Shown here: positions 61,512 to 64,000 of the stretch, piece by piece | Layout of the letters: every line of letters begins with the position of its first letter | Numbering within the stretch: the stretch's first letter is position 1 | Source of the DNA: Methanotrichaceae archaeon | GTDB taxonomy: Archaea > Halobacteriota > Methanosarcinia > Methanotrichales > Methanotrichaceae | Assembly (NCBI GenBank): GCA_963803145.1 | Contig: CAWDLW010000017.1 | Location: forward strand, 160,001 to 224,000 | Length of the DNA stretch: 64,000 nt | Direction of reading: 5' to 3' | Position numbers and translations under genes: made by a program | The notes under the pieces: generated by a model | Databases searched by the model: none | What the model was told of the DNA's origin: nothing | What the model saw: only the letters and a program-made list of their open reading frames with translations

Positions 61512-62069
61512 TTAGCCGCTGAAGCTTCGGGGCTCATTACTGCCGCCGTAGATCGTTCCCGTCGATGGAGCGTCTCCTCCAGGCGTAAAGAGCTTGAACG
61601 ATCCTGATGTAGAATTGCCACTACCGATGTTTATCGAGAGCACGTAGAGGTTGGTATCCTCAAGTGGGACTGCATTCAGAATCATCGTGTTCCCTTCGAG
61701 TAGCGAGCCATCTGCTGTTGCAGTCTGCTCTCTCAGGCCGTTCTTTAGCACTCCCTTGCCGAAGACAACACCGCCCGCCTGGAAGAGCTGCAGGTTGAAA
61801 TCTCCAATTGGCCTTGATCTCTGGTCCCTCAGCTCAAAAGTCCAATTGCCTGCTACATTCCTGTAAGAACCTTCAGGGCTTGCAATGCCGCCAGTCTTTG
61901 CCAGATAATCTGCAGTATGCTCTGTGCTGGCTATCTGCATGTTATCAGCCGAAAGGTCCTGGGGGTATTCTGTGGGCTGTGTTACCGTGACCGGTGAAGC
62001 CTGAACAGCAATCGTGAGGCTTACTACTAATACTGCTACTGCTAATAGAATAGTGCTATTGATTCTCAT
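61512..62069 (-). CDS. Secreted protein, paralog array member 1
   Basis: GGAGGT SD, signal peptide, GNWTFELRD...LFQAGGVVFGKG. Confidence 0.78.
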   Translation of the reverse strand: MRINSTILLAVAVLVVSLTIAVQASPVTVTQPTEYPQDLSADNMQIASTEHTADYLAKTGGIASPEGSYRNVAGNWTFELRDQRSRPIGDFNLQLFQAGGVVFGKGVLKNGLREQTATADGSLLEGNTMILNAVPLEDTNLYVLSINIGSGNSTSGSFKLFTPGGDAPSTGTIYGGSNEPRSFSG

Positions 62070-62181
62070 CTTCCGCTAACCTCCACCCCTGTTTTTGTGA
62101 GAAGAAGATGAGATACTTCGATGGATAAACTTGACGCTACCAGTAGCTCTTCTTTCTTAGAATTATTAACCGCTCACTCTA

Positions 62182-63672
62182 TCAGGCCCTTCCATATAAT
62201 TCGGTCATTTCCCTGAGTAGCCCTAATGCCTTCATCTGCTCAGGCAGCATCCTCCACTGGTAGTTACCCTCTGTTGTGCTTGGGTGGTTCATCCGAGCAT
62301 CCTCGCCAAGGCCCAATATATCCTGCATGGGAATAATGGCGGTATCTGCAACAGACATCATTGCAAGCCTTATCAGCTCCCAGGAAACGTTTTCGGCATT
62401 GATCTCATGTCCCACATATTTCGAGAGGCGCTGTTTATCCTCTGGCTGGGCTTCATGCTCAAACCATCCCTTAGCGGTGCTATTGTCATGGGTTCCTGTG
62501 TATATGACACAATTCTTGATATTGTTATGAGGTGCATAGGGATTTTTCGGTAGACCCTCTCCAAAGGCAAATAGGAGCACTTTCATCCCTGGAATACCAA
62601 ATTTATTCATGATTTCTCTAACATCTGCAGTTATGATTCCCAAATCCTCAGCTATTAAAGAGATGCATCTGAAATGCCTGAAGATCCTTGTGAGAAAGTC
62701 CTCTGCTGGTGCTGGGGTCCATTTGCCGTTCACGGCTGTTTTCTCTCCTGCAGGCACCTCCCAATAGGCGATAAGTCCGCGGAAATGGTCTATTCTCAGC
62801 ACATCGACGAGGCCTAGAACATGGCCTAGGCGCTGTATCCACCAGGAATACTCTGATCCTCTGATAACATCCCAGTTGTAGATGGGATTTCCCCAGAGTT
62901 GGCCTGTAGCACTGAAGTAATCTGGAGGAACTCCTGCAGATGATATCTGCTGTTTGTTCTGATCCAGCTTGAATATCCTTGGATTTGACCAGACATCGGC
63001 GCTATCATAATTGACGTATATAGGGATATCTCCGATGACCTTTATGTTACGATCATTACACCTCTGCCTGAGAGCCCCCCATTGTCTGAAGAAGATGTAC
63101 TGAGTAAACTTCTCTCTCTCAATCTTGCCCTTGAGTCGATCCCTGGCCTTATCGATCTCTTCCTTCTGCTTATCCTTCAGCCCCTGAGGCCAGCTGGACC
63201 AGACCAATCCTCTTTGCTCGGCCTTGATAGATTTGAAGAGCGTAAAATCGTCGAGCCAGAAATCATTCATAGAGCAAAACCGATCGTAATCGCTATCTTT
63301 GCTCTTGTATCTAAACCGTTCATAAGCCTTGTCCAGAAGCTTGTCTTTATAGGCGGTGACCGCAGGATAATCGATTTTATCAGCCTTGAAGGATGGAACT
63401 GGCTCGGTATCCTCCTTATATAAGAAACCCTCAACCATTAGAAGTGCGGGGCTTATCAGCAGTGAATTCCCCGCAAAGGCGGATATGCTGTTGTAAGGTG
63501 TATTGCCGAAGATTGGATCGGTCATGCTGAGCGGCAGTATCTGCCAGTAGCTCTGTTTGTTTTCAGATAAAAAGTCCACAAATCTATATGCTTCTGGCCC
63601 AAGATCGCCTATCCCGTATGGCGACGGAAGTGATGTTATGTGAAGAAGTACTCCGCTTCCTCTGAACCTCAT
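62182..63672 (-). CDS. malQ: 4-alpha-glucanotransferase (GH77)
   Basis: GVLLHITSLP, GVPPDYFSATGQLWGNP, RIDHFRG, AEDLG and YTGTHDN motifs. Confidence 0.96.
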   Translation of the reverse strand: MRFRGSGVLLHITSLPSPYGIGDLGPEAYRFVDFLSENKQSYWQILPLSMTDPIFGNTPYNSISAFAGNSLLISPALLMVEGFLYKEDTEPVPSFKADKIDYPAVTAYKDKLLDKAYERFRYKSKDSDYDRFCSMNDFWLDDFTLFKSIKAEQRGLVWSSWPQGLKDKQKEEIDKARDRLKGKIEREKFTQYIFFRQWGALRQRCNDRNIKVIGDIPIYVNYDSADVWSNPRIFKLDQNKQQISSAGVPPDYFSATGQLWGNPIYNWDVIRGSEYSWWIQRLGHVLGLVDVLRIDHFRGLIAYWEVPAGEKTAVNGKWTPAPAEDFLTRIFRHFRCISLIAEDLGIITADVREIMNKFGIPGMKVLLFAFGEGLPKNPYAPHNNIKNCVIYTGTHDNSTAKGWFEHEAQPEDKQRLSKYVGHEINAENVSWELIRLAMMSVADTAIIPMQDILGLGEDARMNHPSTTEGNYQWRMLPEQMKALGLLREMTELYGRA

Positions 63673-64000
63673 ATTTTATCCCTTCCCAGGAGCAGAGCAA
63701 CGGGAAAGCGGTCAAGGACATCTCCAAGATACATCTCGTCATTCGTATTAAAGGACTGATCAGTTATCGCATTTATCCAGGAGACAGGCATGTCATTGTC
63801 AATGATAAGACTGGCATCGTTCCATATATTCCTGCCCAGAGGCATATCATCCTCCTTTACCAAAGCTGTAGTAAGCCTTGGTGCAATTGTAAGCGCCCAG
63901 GAATTTCTATACTCGCGTGCGAAGGCTATTACATTTTCCTTACGGCATCCCTGAACGTTGAGACGCAGGTAGCTTCCTCTCGCAAAGAGCTCAGCCTCCT
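63669..64000 (-). CDS. treY: Malto-oligosyltrehalose synthase, C-terminal part (runs off window)
   Basis: Minus strand ELFARGSYLRL...VIAFAR...APRL...WNDA...FPVALL, typical of the TreY C-terminus; overlaps the malQ start. Confidence 0.75.
   Translation of the reverse strand, partial: EAELFARGSYLRLNVQGCRKENVIAFAREYRNSWALTIAPRLTTALVKEDDMPLGRNIWNDASLIIDNDMPVSWINAITDQSFNTNDEMYLGDVLDRFPVALLLGRDKI

Overview
This is an archaeal (methanogen) chromosome segment. Gene content and style point to Methanotrichaceae (Methanothrix-like); that assignment is inference. The left 40 kb is a cation/pH-homeostasis region. A 611-bp diverged direct repeat (763-1373 and 23781-24391) encloses about 22.4 kb. That block carries a multisubunit Mrp-type Na+/H+ antiporter operon with three MrpD subunits and an embedded 7-repeat beta-propeller-like gene, several unannotated single-TM micro-ORFs, a split MgtE-like pseudogene, a USP and five DUF1646-related sequences. 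Two more near-identical DUF1646 genes, two more USPs, a stand-alone mtrE and a CPA2 antiporter lie just outside the repeat. The most novel-looking item is a divergent, truncated DUF1646 subfamily, one member of which is fused to an HTH-CBS transcription regulator (a candidate transporter-derived membrane sensor). The right part is mostly core genes (RaSEA, trxB, ychF, FrhB/FpoF-like, mfnF, site-2 protease, Dim2, Rio1, aIF-1A, uppS, srp54, malQ, treY) and three tRNAs. It also holds an aIF-1A gene that apparently needs a CTG start, an AT-rich two-gene module with an atypical class III nucleotide cyclase, and an array of five paralogous secreted proteins. Two MITEs with target-site duplications and a probable IS200/IS605-type remnant are visible. 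All calls were made by eye; no database searches were run.
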